From: a virus
Lineage: Duplodnaviria > Caudoviricetes
Reading direction: 5' to 3' (one strand)
IMG/VR virus record: IMGVR_UViG_3300020156_000459
Location: 1-51,897 of that record
Length of the DNA stretch: 51,897 bases
Below the pieces are notes generated by a model that saw only the letters and a program-made list of their open reading frames with translations, was not told where the DNA came from and did no database searches. Positions within the stretch are counted from its first letter, which is position 1. Each line of letters opens with the position of its first letter. Position numbers and translations under genes: made by a program. Positions 29,039 to 38,216 of the stretch are shown one piece after another.

Positions 29039-29413
29039 TCAGTCGAACAGGCTGGGTGCCTTGGGGTCGACGGCGCGGACCTCAGCATTGACCTTGCGGA
29101 CGTGCCGCTCGGTGCAGCCGAGTTCCATGGCAATCTGACGCGTTGTGCCAGTGGCGCGCAAGATGTGTTGCTTCAGGGCTTTGGTGGACTTGGCGTTCGG
29201 CACGTCCACCTGTTCGCCAGGGTAGATGGCGGCGAGCACCTGCGCCGCCTCAAGCCCGATCAATTCCACCAGCGGCTGGCCGAGGCGCGGGTTGGCCGGA
29301 ACCTTCCGCTTTGTGCCGCCCCACGCCTGCACGAGCTTCCACGCCGCGTCGACGTGGCCGGCGCGGGCGAGGTCGCCCAGGATGCCGGGCAAGTGGACGC
29401 GCTCCTCCGTCAT
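29039..29413 (-). CDS. Mor/C-family transcriptional activator (124 aa)
   Basis: LPGIL..LA...AAWKLVQAWGG, C-terminal HTH IAMELGCTERHVRKV; between gemA and lysis genes as in Mu. Confidence 0.85.
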   Translation of the reverse strand: MTEERVHLPGILGDLARAGHVDAAWKLVQAWGGTKRKVPANPRLGQPLVELIGLEAAQVLAAIYPGEQVDVPNAKSTKALKQHILRATGTTRQIAMELGCTERHVRKVNAEVRAVDPKAPSLFD

Positions 29414-29886
29414 CCTTTGGCCTCGGCCTTCTGGGCGCGGGCGTGCATGGCCTTCAGCGCCTCGATCACCTTGGCCGCCTGGGCGATCGGCAGGCGGCCC
29501 ATCTGCTGACCGGTCACCTTCGCGATGAAGGCGTCCATGGCCGGAACGCCCCGGCTCTTGACGGTACCGGCCTGGTGCAGGTCGATCCACAGCGCGCGGA
29601 TCTTCCCGAGCTGCGGCGTATCGGCGTAGCGCGACGTCGGCCGGCCGGCGGCCTTGCCCTTCGGTTGGCCGGCGCCGAGGGCGCGGAAGCCGTCGAGCAG
29701 CGCCCGGCGCTCCGCCGTGGTCAGTTCGGCGGAGCTGTCCGTCCGCCCGTTCGAAGCCTGAAGGACGCGCGCCCGGTAGCAATCATCGGCGAGCGCCAGT
29801 TCCTTCTTCATGGCGTGGATGGCCGCCAGCTCCCTCTTGCGCTGCTGGTCACGATCCGCGCCGGATGGTTTGACGGGAGTTCGCAT
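29410..29886 (-). CDS. gemA: GemA-like protein (DUF1018)
   Basis: LAAIHAMKKELAL.DD.YR, SS.ELT, KIRALW..L, KVIEALKAM. Confidence 0.85.
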   Translation of the reverse strand: MRTPVKPSGADRDQQRKRELAAIHAMKKELALADDCYRARVLQASNGRTDSSAELTTAERRALLDGFRALGAGQPKGKAAGRPTSRYADTPQLGKIRALWIDLHQAGTVKSRGVPAMDAFIAKVTGQQMGRLPIAQAAKVIEALKAMHARAQKAEAKG

Positions 29887-30011
29887 TTCAATACCCTCGT
29901 TTGGTGGCGTACCGCAGTTGCGGTGCAGCGCGGATAGGCCGGCGCTCCTACGGAGCCTTGGCGCTATCTCGCGGGTGCGGTAGTGGCGGCCCGAAGGCCG
30001 CCACCGCACGA

Positions 30012-30674
30012 TCAGCCGGCCGGCGTGAAGTCGAGGAAGTATTCCTTGCCCTGCTCGAACGCGCCCCAAGCATCGGGGTTGCTGATGTACATGTGAAGCT
30101 GGCCGCCCGGCGTTGCCGCCGACCACTTCGCATTCTCGCTGTTGGGGTCGGCGGAGTACACCGGGGCGAAATAAACTTCTTCGGCGACCTTGGTCCCGGC
30201 GGTATCGTTTCGCTCGGCGAGGTTGTTGCAGCAGAACTTGGCTCGGATGTTCATAGTGTGCTCTCCATGTGGTGCCGGGAAACCGCCCGGCGCGGGTTCG
30301 GTTGATCGCGAAGAAGGCTCGCCGTGCCCGACCGGGCAGAGCGGTATGTCCAGCAGATTGCCGTCCCATCCGCACTCCGGGCAGGGATGCGCCGCCGACA
30401 CCGGCCGGGCCTGGAACTGCTGCACCAACTCATTCAGCCGCGCGACGGCAGCGGCTGGATCCATGCGGCGCCATGGCCGGTCTTCCAGCACCGCCACCAA
30501 TTCGGTGGGCGACAAGCCGCCACGCTCGGCGAGGCGGCGAAGCGACTGGCCGTGATTGCGCTGCGCCTGGGCTTCGTGCGGTTGGACGAGAGACAACGGG
30601 ACCGTCTTCGGCTGGCCGGGCAGCGGCTTGTTGCCAAGTCCTGTCAGGACGGGAAAGGTGCTGGTGGTGCTCAT
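30012..30674 (-). CDS. Hypothetical phage protein; probable internal start at 30254 (MNIRAKF..., 80 aa)
   Basis: Two phage-like segments (HEAQAQRNHGQSLRRLAERGGLS and ENAKWSAATPGG...GKEYFLDF) in one frame; GGAG RBS before the internal ATG. Confidence 0.6.
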   Translation of the reverse strand: MSTTSTFPVLTGLGNKPLPGQPKTVPLSLVQPHEAQAQRNHGQSLRRLAERGGLSPTELVAVLEDRPWRRMDPAAAVARLNELVQQFQARPVSAAHPCPECGWDGNLLDIPLCPVGHGEPSSRSTEPAPGGFPAPHGEHTMNIRAKFCCNNLAERNDTAGTKVAEEVYFAPVYSADPNSENAKWSAATPGGQLHMYISNPDAWGAFEQGKEYFLDFTPAG

Positions 30675-30740
30675 GACGGCCTCTCTTTGGGATTGGGGAC
30701 CACAGTCCCATTGCTGCGCTGCACGCGTTTTGACGCGCGT

Positions 30741-31481
30741 TCAAACGGTGGGTTTGCCGGGCTTGCGGCCACCCATGCGGAGCTTGAAAAGACGCTCGGA
30801 ACCAGCGTGCAAGAGTTGGCAGAAGTCGGGATCTTCGGTGGCGCACAGGCCCTTTTCGGCCAGATGGATGATGGCGCGGCCCAGATCGGGAATGCCGGGA
30901 AGGCTGTCCTGCTCAACCTGGAAGCCCCGCATCCCGCTGTGGGAGTGCTCGTCCATCCACTCCAGGACGCAGAGTTCCTGTGCTTCCGTCAGGCGGAAGA
31001 CGGTCCGCTTGGTCGCCCTGGCTCCCGCCTTGCCGCCCCGTCGCTTCGGCTTGGCGGCCTGCCAGTCAGCCAGGCGCGTACCTTGGCGGCGGAGCTGCAC
31101 CAGCCCCTCCCAAGTGGATAGCTCTGCGTGCAGCCGCTCGTAGTCCTTTGTGAAGCGGTCACGAACTTCGGCAGTGACGGGGGCCAGCCCGAAGGTGAGG
31201 AACACCTCATGGACCAGCACCAGCGCCAGTGCGTCCTTGCTGTAGCGCTTCGTCAGCTCCTGGGCGGTGGCCTGCAACACCGCGTGTCCGCCGGTGCGGG
31301 TGGCGTCGTTGCTGGTGGCGTCGAACAGGGCGAGGTGGGCGTTCATGCCTCCCTTCACTTCTTCGCCCAGCGCCAGCAAGCGGTTGAGCCAGTAATCGGC
31401 AATGCCGTGGTCGACAACGTTGCGCACGCCGTCCGGCGTTCGCGCCAAGTCGAGGATGGAGGTAGCGGTGCGGCGCTTCAT
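30741..31481 (-). CDS. Hypothetical phage protein (246 aa)
   Basis: ATGA coupling to the upstream gene; natural composition. Confidence 0.6.
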   Translation of the reverse strand: MKRRTATSILDLARTPDGVRNVVDHGIADYWLNRLLALGEEVKGGMNAHLALFDATSNDATRTGGHAVLQATAQELTKRYSKDALALVLVHEVFLTFGLAPVTAEVRDRFTKDYERLHAELSTWEGLVQLRRQGTRLADWQAAKPKRRGGKAGARATKRTVFRLTEAQELCVLEWMDEHSHSGMRGFQVEQDSLPGIPDLGRAIIHLAEKGLCATEDPDFCQLLHAGSERLFKLRMGGRKPGKPTV

Positions 31482-31921
31482 CGGAGGGGTTCCTGTGCAG
31501 GCTGCCAGCGGACGAGCACCCCGGCGAACTCCGTCACGCCGGGGTGGTTGTCGCGCCAGAAGGCGGCCATGTCGTCGAAGTCGTGGAAGCCATCCCAGCG
31601 GGCGAAGATGTCCAGCTCGGTCGCATCGGCCATTTCGATCCAAGTGGGGGCGGTGGCGCTGTACAGGATCAGGCGGGCCGCTTGTGATGGCGACGGCAGC
31701 AACAGCCGGACGCGCTGCACGGCCGTGCAGGTGGGCGAGCCGATCCGGCGGCAGTGCTTGGTCCGCATGGCCGCGTAGAGCTGGATGACCTCGCCCGGCC
31801 GGGCATGGCGCTTGCGCGGGGCGCGGATGGTTTGGCGCTTCATCCCCGGCACCAGCGGCCCCGGCTCCAGGCCGGCGACAACGGGGTCGATGAAACGCTT
31901 CTGAAACGAGTAGGCGACCAT
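31478..31921 (-). CDS. ASCH/PUA-like domain protein
   Basis: YSFQKRF...KRQTIR...PGEVIQLYAAMRTK.C, FARWDGF..F..M..FW. Confidence 0.7.
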   Translation of the reverse strand: MVAYSFQKRFIDPVVAGLEPGPLVPGMKRQTIRAPRKRHARPGEVIQLYAAMRTKHCRRIGSPTCTAVQRVRLLLPSPSQAARLILYSATAPTWIEMADATELDIFARWDGFHDFDDMAAFWRDNHPGVTEFAGVLVRWQPAQEPLR

Positions 31922-31928
31922 GGAGACC

Positions 31929-32222
31929 TCACTGCGGAGCGACCGCGCTTTCCAGCGCGTCGTTGACGGTGGCGACGATGTCGATGTTCGACTCCCCCGC
32001 GGCGCGGGCGGCGGCGATCGCCGCCTCGACCATCACCAGCGGGTTGGTCGGCGTCGGCGCCGGGGTCGGCACGGGCGGGGCGGCGTTGGTTGCCATCAGC
32101 TCGCCGCTCGCTTCGCACAGCATGGCGCGCAGCCGGCGCCGGCCGCGCTCGCCGATGGGGCGCCGCAGCTCCACCGCGGCGTGGGCCAGGCGCAACGCAA
32201 GTTCGAGGTGCGGCGTCGTCAT
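31929..32222 (-). CDS. Hypothetical phage protein (97 aa)
   Basis: Translationally coupled member of the early operon. Confidence 0.55.
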   Translation of the reverse strand: MTTPHLELALRLAHAAVELRRPIGERGRRRLRAMLCEASGELMATNAAPPVPTPAPTPTNPLVMVEAAIAAARAAGESNIDIVATVNDALESAVAPQ

Positions 32223-32947
32223 GCGGCAGCCCTTGACAACGGCGGACGGTTCATGAGCTGCAGCGTGCGGTTCGCCATGCTCACCAGCTCGTCGGCGGTC
32301 CGGATCCGGCCGTCGACCTTGAAGAGGGCGGGTCCGGCGGAGAGCACTTCGTAATCGCGGCTCATCAGCAGCCGGCGGGCCTGGTCAACGACCGAGTGGT
32401 CGAAGCCGGGCGGCGTGATGGCCATGCCGCCTCCGCGCGAGCGTGGATGCGGCGACCAGTCGGTCGTGCATCCGGCGTTGACGATCGAGATGCGCCGCTG
32501 CGGCCCCTTCCGGGCGATCCGGATCAAGCCGTGCTCGGCCAGCACTTGCACCGCCCGACAGACGCTCGACTGGCCGAGCGCGAGGATGCCGGCCATGGCG
32601 CTGTTGGCGGGGCACCGCAGACCGGCCTGTGCCGCCGCCGTCAGCAGTTCCAGCACCCGGCCCTCTATCGGATCGAGGGTGTATGGCGCAGGCGCGGCCG
32701 AAGGTTCGGCCGCTTCCGGCTCGGCCTGGGGAATGATGGTGACGGGAGCGGCGGTAGCGACCTTGGCGGGCGGCGAATCCGCCTGGACCGGCGGCTCTTC
32801 CGGCGCGGCGGGCGCGGGCTGCACCGCCGGGCCCAGCACGCGGGCGACGCGCTGCCACGACAGGCAGAGGCGGACGCAGATCTCCTCGGGCGGCAGCGAC
32901 CGTGCCGCGAGCTGGCGGATGCGGGCGTCGATCTGGCGGTCGCTCAC
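32219..32947 (-). CDS. Winged-helix DNA-binding protein (242 aa)
   Basis: CPANSAMAGILALGQSSVCRAVQVLAEHGLIRI wHTH; additional N-terminal HTH-like segment. Confidence 0.65.
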   Translation of the reverse strand: MSDRQIDARIRQLAARSLPPEEICVRLCLSWQRVARVLGPAVQPAPAAPEEPPVQADSPPAKVATAAPVTIIPQAEPEAAEPSAAPAPYTLDPIEGRVLELLTAAAQAGLRCPANSAMAGILALGQSSVCRAVQVLAEHGLIRIARKGPQRRISIVNAGCTTDWSPHPRSRGGGMAITPPGFDHSVVDQARRLLMSRDYEVLSAGPALFKVDGRIRTADELVSMANRTLQLMNRPPLSRAAA

Positions 32948-33195
32948 GATGCGTCCTCCTGGGGCTGGACGGCGCCGCGCAAGATGGCGGCGATGCTGGG
33001 AAGGCCGGGGGCGAGCGGGCGCTCAAGGCGGGGCACGGACAGGCCGCGCGCCGCATTCAGCGTCCGCACGCGGCCGGCGTCGATGAGGAAGGCGACCTCC
33101 GCCTCCTGGTGGCCGGGCAGGCCGGCCACCAGGATGACGAGAATGCCGGAACCGCCGATCGGCTCGACGGTGAGGGTCGGCGCGGCGGCGGTCAT
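32944..33195 (-). CDS. Hypothetical phage protein (83 aa)
   Basis: Coupled start/stop overlaps on both sides. Confidence 0.55.
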   Translation of the reverse strand: MTAAAPTLTVEPIGGSGILVILVAGLPGHQEAEVAFLIDAGRVRTLNAARGLSVPRLERPLAPGLPSIAAILRGAVQPQEDAS

Positions 33196-33533
33196 GCGTT
33201 GCCCACCGTGCGGCGGGTGACCATGCTCGTCCGGCCACCGGCCATGCCCTTGGGCAGCGGCGTGCCGTTCTCGACCGCGAGGCGCGTCGACGCCACCAGT
33301 TGCTGGGCCTTCGCCAGCATCGCCTCGATGTTGTCGAACGCCATGGAGCGGTTGGCCGCCGCCGTGGTGGCCGCGCCCACAAAGGCCGCCAGGATGGCGC
33401 CCAGGGCGTCGGCGCTGCCGACCTTCGTCTCGGCCTCGCCCAGGGCGTTCACGAAGAAGGTGATGGCCGGACCGAGGTCCAGCTCGCGCGACATTTCGGC
33501 GTAGCGCTTGAGTATTCCGAAGTCTTCGGCCAT
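33192..33533 (-). CDS. Hypothetical phage protein (113 aa, MAEDFGIL...)
   Basis: GGAG RBS; coupled to neighbours. Confidence 0.55.
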   Translation of the reverse strand: MAEDFGILKRYAEMSRELDLGPAITFFVNALGEAETKVGSADALGAILAAFVGAATTAAANRSMAFDNIEAMLAKAQQLVASTRLAVENGTPLPKGMAGGRTSMVTRRTVGNA

Positions 33534-33811
33534 CACGCGATCTCCATCTGCTGGCGGGGGACGAGGGCGAGGATGGCGGCGGCGAGGTCCGCGACCGTCA
33601 CGTCGGCGTATTGGGCACTGCCGTTGGTGAGCAGCAGGGCGGCGCGAACGCCGAAGGCGTCCTCGATGTCGGTGAGCAGCTGCGCGAACTCGATCGCCTT
33701 GCCGCCCAGGTCGCCGCGCAGGGTGGCGGTGGAGACGACGCGCGCCTCCTCGACCTGGAAGGCGTCGGCGATCAGCGGGCGCAGGCCGTGCAGGATCTCG
33801 CCCAGGGTCAT
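33533..33811 (-). CDS. Acyl-carrier-protein-like protein lacking the phosphopantetheine serine (92 aa)
   Basis: LIADAFQVEEARV...TLRGDLGGKAIEFAQLLTDIEDAFGV...TVADL aligns by eye to ACP, with DLGADSL replaced by DLGGKAI. Confidence 0.65.
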   Translation of the reverse strand: MTLGEILHGLRPLIADAFQVEEARVVSTATLRGDLGGKAIEFAQLLTDIEDAFGVRAALLLTNGSAQYADVTVADLAAAILALVPRQQMEIA

Positions 33812-34293
33812 GCGGCGGACCTTTCCTGGCTGGGGGTGGCGTGGTGCCGGGCAAGCCATTCGGCGTGCAGGGCGGCGTTGGTGGCTGGCTCGCCCTTCCA
33901 GTGGAGCCAGACGCCGGGCCGCCAGAGGCCGGGGTGGTCGATGTCCAGCCGGCCGGCGCCGTCCAGCGCGTAGTCGGCGTCGATCGGCACGTCGGCCGCG
34001 TCCGTCTCCACGTAGGGCCAGCCGAGCCGGGCGGCGGGAACCGGGGTTCCCGGCGGGATCCGCCGGGCGACCCGTTCGGCCAGCGAGAACGCGCTGTCAT
34101 CCCGGAAGACGATCAGGTCGACGTCCCACACGGCGTGCAGCGCGTCCTCCAGCGCGTCGAGGTCCGCCTTCTCCAACTCCAGGGCATGCAAGGTGGCGGT
34201 GACCGGGATGGACCGGCCGCCGAACTGGCGGTGCAGGCGCTGGGCGACGGCGCGGCGGATATGCGCTTCGATGATGGGCAAGAGGTCAGCCAT
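33808..34293 (-). CDS. Hypothetical protein with degenerate ACP-like N-terminus (161 aa)
   Basis: ATLHALELEKADLDALEDALHAVWDVDL...DSAFSLAERV echoes ACP helices II-IV. Confidence 0.5.
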   Translation of the reverse strand: MADLLPIIEAHIRRAVAQRLHRQFGGRSIPVTATLHALELEKADLDALEDALHAVWDVDLIVFRDDSAFSLAERVARRIPPGTPVPAARLGWPYVETDAADVPIDADYALDGAGRLDIDHPGLWRPGVWLHWKGEPATNAALHAEWLARHHATPSQERSAA

Positions 34294-34633
34294 GGGCCGC
34301 CTCCTCGGGATGGGCGGTGGGCGCATGCCGCCGGTCCCACGCCTGTGCGGCGGCGACGGCGAGCGCGGCGATGTTGATCAGGCGGTGGCGGAAATCGGGC
34401 TGGGCGTTGGCGGTGCAGTCGACGAGCCGATCGACCTGGGCGTAGAGGAAGCTGTACCAGTCCGCCGGGATGTGGGCGTCGTCGTGGGAGGTGCCCCCCC
34501 ACTGGAGGTCCTGGCGCCAGCGTTCGCTGCCGACCTCCGACAGGACGTCGGCCAGCGCGTCGCCGTGCGGCCCGTCGTAGGCGTCCGGGTAGTGGACCAG
34601 CTCGGCGATCACCGGGAGAGCGGAGACGTCCAT
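34286..34633 (-). CDS. Hypothetical phage protein (115 aa)
   Basis: ERWRQDLQWG..HDD, LINIAALAVAAAQ (MazG-like helical pattern, tentative). Confidence 0.6.
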   Translation of the reverse strand: MDVSALPVIAELVHYPDAYDGPHGDALADVLSEVGSERWRQDLQWGGTSHDDAHIPADWYSFLYAQVDRLVDCTANAQPDFRHRLINIAALAVAAAQAWDRRHAPTAHPEEAAHG

Positions 34634-34636
34634 CGC

Positions 34637-34900
34637 TCAGCCCTCCATCCCGAGGGCGACCTTGTACAGGTCGAGCAGCGACTCCTGCTCCTGCCGGTCG
34701 CTCTGGTCCATCTTCCGCAGCTTGATGATCTGCCGGATGATCTTGACGTCGAAGCCCTGGCCCTTGGCCTCGGCCATGATGTCCCGGATGTCGTCGGCGA
34801 GGCCCTTCTTCTCCTCCTCCAGGCGCTCCACGCGCTCGATGATGCTGCGGAGCTGGGCGCCGGCGATGCCCTGGACGTCGTTGACGGTGGTGTCAGCCAT
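34637..34900 (-). CDS. gapR: GapR/DUF2312 family nucleoid-associated protein
   Basis: QLRSIIERVERLEEEKK..ADDIRDIMAEAKGQGFDVKIIRQIIKLRKMD...EQESLLDLYKVALGM. Confidence 0.92.
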   Translation of the reverse strand: MADTTVNDVQGIAGAQLRSIIERVERLEEEKKGLADDIRDIMAEAKGQGFDVKIIRQIIKLRKMDQSDRQEQESLLDLYKVALGMEG

Positions 34901-34908
34901 CTCGTACC

Positions 34909-35529
34909 TCACAGCTTCGCGAGGTCGAGGGAGATGGCCCGTTCCTGGCCCTCCGGGGTGTCGCGCTCGTAGAAGCGGACGTAGCTCTTGGAGCCGGTGG
35001 AGACGATGCCGTCGGCGATGGCCTTCATGGCCCGGTGCCAGCGTTCGTCGTCGATGGCGATGCGGCGCAACGCCAGGACGGCGCCGGTGCTGACGTTGCC
35101 CTCCTTGTCCGTCTTGAAGGCGCTTTGAACGAGAAGCTTCAGCTCCGGGCGGGCCTCGGCCGACCAGTCGGCGACGCACTCGCCCACCAGCTTCTCGGCG
35201 ACCTGGAGGCGCTCGTCGAAGGCCAGACGGTCGGCGACTTGCACCCGGACTTCGCGGAGGCCGTCGAAGCTGCGCAGGGTCAGGTTGCCCTTCTTGCCGC
35301 CCATGGCGGTGTCGTACTCGGCCGCCGACAGCTCCACGAAGGCGGCGATCTCCGCCATGGTATCGGCCTTGAACGTCGCCATGGTCTCGCGCAGGCCCTT
35401 GGCGCGCTGGATGGCGCGGTTGACCAGGTCGGTGCGCAGCTTGTCGATGGGTTTGACCAAGCTGGAGGGCCAGCGGGCGCCCTTGGCGTCCGTCCAATCC
35501 TGCTCGGCCGTTTGGGTGTCGGTTTCCAT
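34909..35529 (-). CDS. DUF3164 family protein of Mu-like phages
   Basis: DAKG...VKPIDKLR, GGKKGNLTLRSFDG, FDERLQVA, DERWHRAMKAIAD, SKSYVRFYER. Confidence 0.88.
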   Translation of the reverse strand: METDTQTAEQDWTDAKGARWPSSLVKPIDKLRTDLVNRAIQRAKGLRETMATFKADTMAEIAAFVELSAAEYDTAMGGKKGNLTLRSFDGLREVRVQVADRLAFDERLQVAEKLVGECVADWSAEARPELKLLVQSAFKTDKEGNVSTGAVLALRRIAIDDERWHRAMKAIADGIVSTGSKSYVRFYERDTPEGQERAISLDLAKL

Positions 35530-35555
35530 GGGGTGCTTACCTCCTGGGGGATGGA

Positions 35556-35903
35556 TTACGGGGCGCGTCTGGACGCCAGCGACAGGACGGCGCCGGCGAG
35601 CATGGACAGTTGCAGGGTGACCGGGATGCGCGGCTGCGCGCCGCCGACGATCTGGCCGGCGAGGCTGATGGCGTCGGACAGCGACACCGGCGGCGTGACG
35701 ATGCACAGGCCAAGCGCGGTGTCGGGCAGCACCTTCAGCCGGTGGCGATGGCCGGTGTCGTCGATCAGGGTCAGGACGATGCCGTCGCTGGCGTTGACCA
35801 GCGTCTGCACCTCGCCGCGCAGGCTCAGGCCGTCGCCCAGCGGCACCTCGACGCGCGAGCCGGGGCGGATCTCCGGGCGGACGGCTGCGGCGGGAACGCT
35901 CAT
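35556..35903 (-). CDS. Hypothetical phage protein (115 aa)
   Basis: ATGA coupling; natural composition. Confidence 0.55.
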   Translation of the reverse strand: MSVPAAAVRPEIRPGSRVEVPLGDGLSLRGEVQTLVNASDGIVLTLIDDTGHRHRLKVLPDTALGLCIVTPPVSLSDAISLAGQIVGGAQPRIPVTLQLSMLAGAVLSLASRRAP

Positions 35904-36412
35904 GCCGCGTCTCCCCCGTCGCCGTCCTGGCGCGGCCACCAGCCCAGCCGATCGAGCAGGCGGGAGACGCGCCCCTTGGCGTCCTGCCGGCGCATCTCCT
36001 TCCGACGCGCGTGGTAGGCGGCGAAGTCGGACACGCCGGGCGGCAGTGCCCGCGGCACCTGGGGCACCTGGGGCTCCGCCGGGAAGCGGATGGCCATGGC
36101 GGCCTGCATGTGCTCCACCTGCGCCACCTCGCCGGCGATGCGGACCAGATCCTCGGCCAGGATCATCAGCTCGCTCACGTACAGGGGGCGGTAGGGGTCG
36201 GCGTCGGCGCGGCTGCGCAGCATGCGGGCCTTGGCTTCGATCCGGACGGCATAGGTCAGGTCGGCGGCTTCGGCCTGGGCGGCGACGGTGTCCAGCCGGT
36301 CGGCCAGGGTGCGCGTCTGGTCGGGCGCCTGCTGCGCGGGGCGGACGGTCAGGCCGTTGATCAGCTGCGCCACCACCGTGATGGCGTCGGCGATGGGGGT
36401 TGCGATGTTCAC
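35900..36412 (-). CDS. Hypothetical phage protein (170 aa)
   Basis: GTGA coupling to the upstream gene, GAGG RBS. Confidence 0.55.
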   Translation of the reverse strand: MNIATPIADAITVVAQLINGLTVRPAQQAPDQTRTLADRLDTVAAQAEAADLTYAVRIEAKARMLRSRADADPYRPLYVSELMILAEDLVRIAGEVAQVEHMQAAMAIRFPAEPQVPQVPRALPPGVSDFAAYHARRKEMRRQDAKGRVSRLLDRLGWWPRQDGDGGDAA

Positions 36413-36780
36413 GGGGCACCTCGTTCGGCGGGAGGGGCGGTGCGGTGGGGACAGGACGGGCAGGACGAGCGCAGCAGGCGGGCCAGCGGCGCGTGGGGGC
36501 GGAACGGTTGATCCTGTTCGGCGCGGCAGCGGTTGGCGTCGATCTCGCCCAGCACCGGGCAGGACAGCGGCGCGCCGAGGGTCTGGATGACGGCGGCCTC
36601 GATCTTGGCGGTGCCGGCGGCGTAGCTGGCCGACAGCACCGCCGACACGGCGGGCTTGCCGTAGCCGATCCGGGCGGCGGCCTGGGCCAGCGACGTGGCG
36701 TCGGCCTCGGCGGCGAGGCGCAGGACCCAGGGCGGCGGATCGCCCCAGGCGGCGGCGGCCTTGGCGACGAAGGGCGTCAT
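36409..36780 (-). CDS. HTH transcriptional regulator of Mu-like phages (123 aa)
   Basis: AWGDPPPWV..LA, SLAQAAARIGYGKPAVSAVL HTH, CPVLGEI...C...CPSCPH. Confidence 0.75.
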   Translation of the reverse strand: MTPFVAKAAAAWGDPPPWVLRLAAEADATSLAQAAARIGYGKPAVSAVLSASYAAGTAKIEAAVIQTLGAPLSCPVLGEIDANRCRAEQDQPFRPHAPLARLLRSSCPSCPHRTAPPAERGAP

Positions 36781-37373
36781 GCGGCCTCCATCGCGGCGGC
36801 AACCGCGTCGCTCGGGCGCCAGACCACGTCCCACAGGTTGGGGTCGTACAGGGCCCCGTCGCGCAGCGGCATCGGCGGTTCCGGCCCGGTGTTCTTGCCC
36901 CGCGCGATGCGGTAGCGGTAGAGGCGGGCGCCGGGGTCGGCCGCTTCCAGATAGCCGGCGCGCGCCAGGGCGGCGATGTAGGTCTTGGTCGTGTTGATGT
37001 TGACTCGCGCCAGGCCGGCCAGCTCCTCCGACGTGAAGCCTCCGCGCAACGGGCGCATGGCCGACCACAGCCGTTCGGTGGTCGTCGGGTGTGGATCGAG
37101 CTTGCCGCCACGGAAGCGAGGGGCGCGGCGGCCGAGATCACGCGCCAGCGTGTACACCGACGGCAGCAGTTTTCCCCGATGGCGTGGCCGCTCGGATGTG
37201 ATGATGCCGTTGCCCATCAACAGCTTGAGGAACGCCTTGACCTGCCGCTCCGGCACGGCGGCGCCGGCGCGCAGCTCGTCGAAGCCGAAGGTGCGCAGCC
37301 GCCGCGCCTCGCGCCACAGCAGGGCGTGATCGACGAAGCGCATCCGCCGTTGACGCTCGTCGGGGCGGATCAT
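36777..37373 (-). CDS. Tandem winged-helix protein following MuB (198 aa)
   Basis: LW..MR.L..FT..ELA, YIAALARAGYL, NTGP.PP, LYDPN. Confidence 0.75.
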   Translation of the reverse strand: MIRPDERQRRMRFVDHALLWREARRLRTFGFDELRAGAAVPERQVKAFLKLLMGNGIITSERPRHRGKLLPSVYTLARDLGRRAPRFRGGKLDPHPTTTERLWSAMRPLRGGFTSEELAGLARVNINTTKTYIAALARAGYLEAADPGARLYRYRIARGKNTGPEPPMPLRDGALYDPNLWDVVWRPSDAVAAAMEAA

Positions 37374-38137
37374 GCGAAGCGCCTCACCGCAGGAGCCGCG
37401 CCGGTGTTGATCCGCTGGCCGGCGTAGTCGGCCAGCGACACGCTGCGCAGCCCCTCGCCCTTGGCGAAGGTGGCGACGTTGACCAGGTTCATCGATACGC
37501 GGCGCGTCGACCCGTAGGTCTGGCCGATGAGATGTTCCAGCAGATCGTCGGCGACGGTGATGTCCGGGCAGTACAGCTTGGCCAGCTCGCGCGCGTCGTC
37601 GCCGTCGCAGGGCTGGGCGGCGACGAAGTCGAACACGCGGCTGTGGAAGCGCTCGTACCGCTGGAGCTTCTGCGGCAGCCCCTCCTCGCCGATCAGGATG
37701 ATGGAGGCGGTGCCGGGCGCGGCCATGTCGTGGAAGGCGCGGACCTTGTCGATCATCTCCTTCTTGGCCAGGAAGTCGCCCTCGTCGATGACCAGGGGGC
37801 GGCGCGAGGTCTCCAGTTCCTCGGCGATCTTCTCCGCCATCTCGTTGTTCGTGGCGTGCGTGGGGAGCGCCAGACCCATGGCGTCGACGATGGCGCGCAG
37901 CATGGCGCGCGGGGTCCAGTAGTCGTTGGCCTCGACGTAGTAGGCCATGTGCTCGCTGGCGGCGATCCAGGCGGCGGCGCGGCTCTTGCCGTCGCCGCTG
38001 CGGCCATGGAAGACACCGAAGCCGGAGACGTCGGAGGAGCGCGTCTTGAGCCCGATGACCAGCTCTTCCAGCAGGGTCAGGTTGCGCAGCGGGGCCCAAC
38101 GGCTGGCGGTCTTGCGGGGGGCGGCCGATTTCTGCAT
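37370..38137 (-). CDS. MuB-like AAA+ transposition ATPase
   Basis: GRSGDGKS Walker A, LVIDEGD Walker B, IILIGEE, ERFHSRV; downstream of the transposase. Confidence 0.92.
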   Translation of the reverse strand: MQKSAAPRKTASRWAPLRNLTLLEELVIGLKTRSSDVSGFGVFHGRSGDGKSRAAAWIAASEHMAYYVEANDYWTPRAMLRAIVDAMGLALPTHATNNEMAEKIAEELETSRRPLVIDEGDFLAKKEMIDKVRAFHDMAAPGTASIILIGEEGLPQKLQRYERFHSRVFDFVAAQPCDGDDARELAKLYCPDITVADDLLEHLIGQTYGSTRRVSMNLVNVATFAKGEGLRSVSLADYAGQRINTGAAPAVRRFA

Positions 38138-38216
38138 GGTGGGGGTCCTTCGATCAGTGCTGTTTTCCGTGCGGTCCGCGGCGTCCCATCTGGCCATGGG
38201 CGCCGCTGGCCGGATC

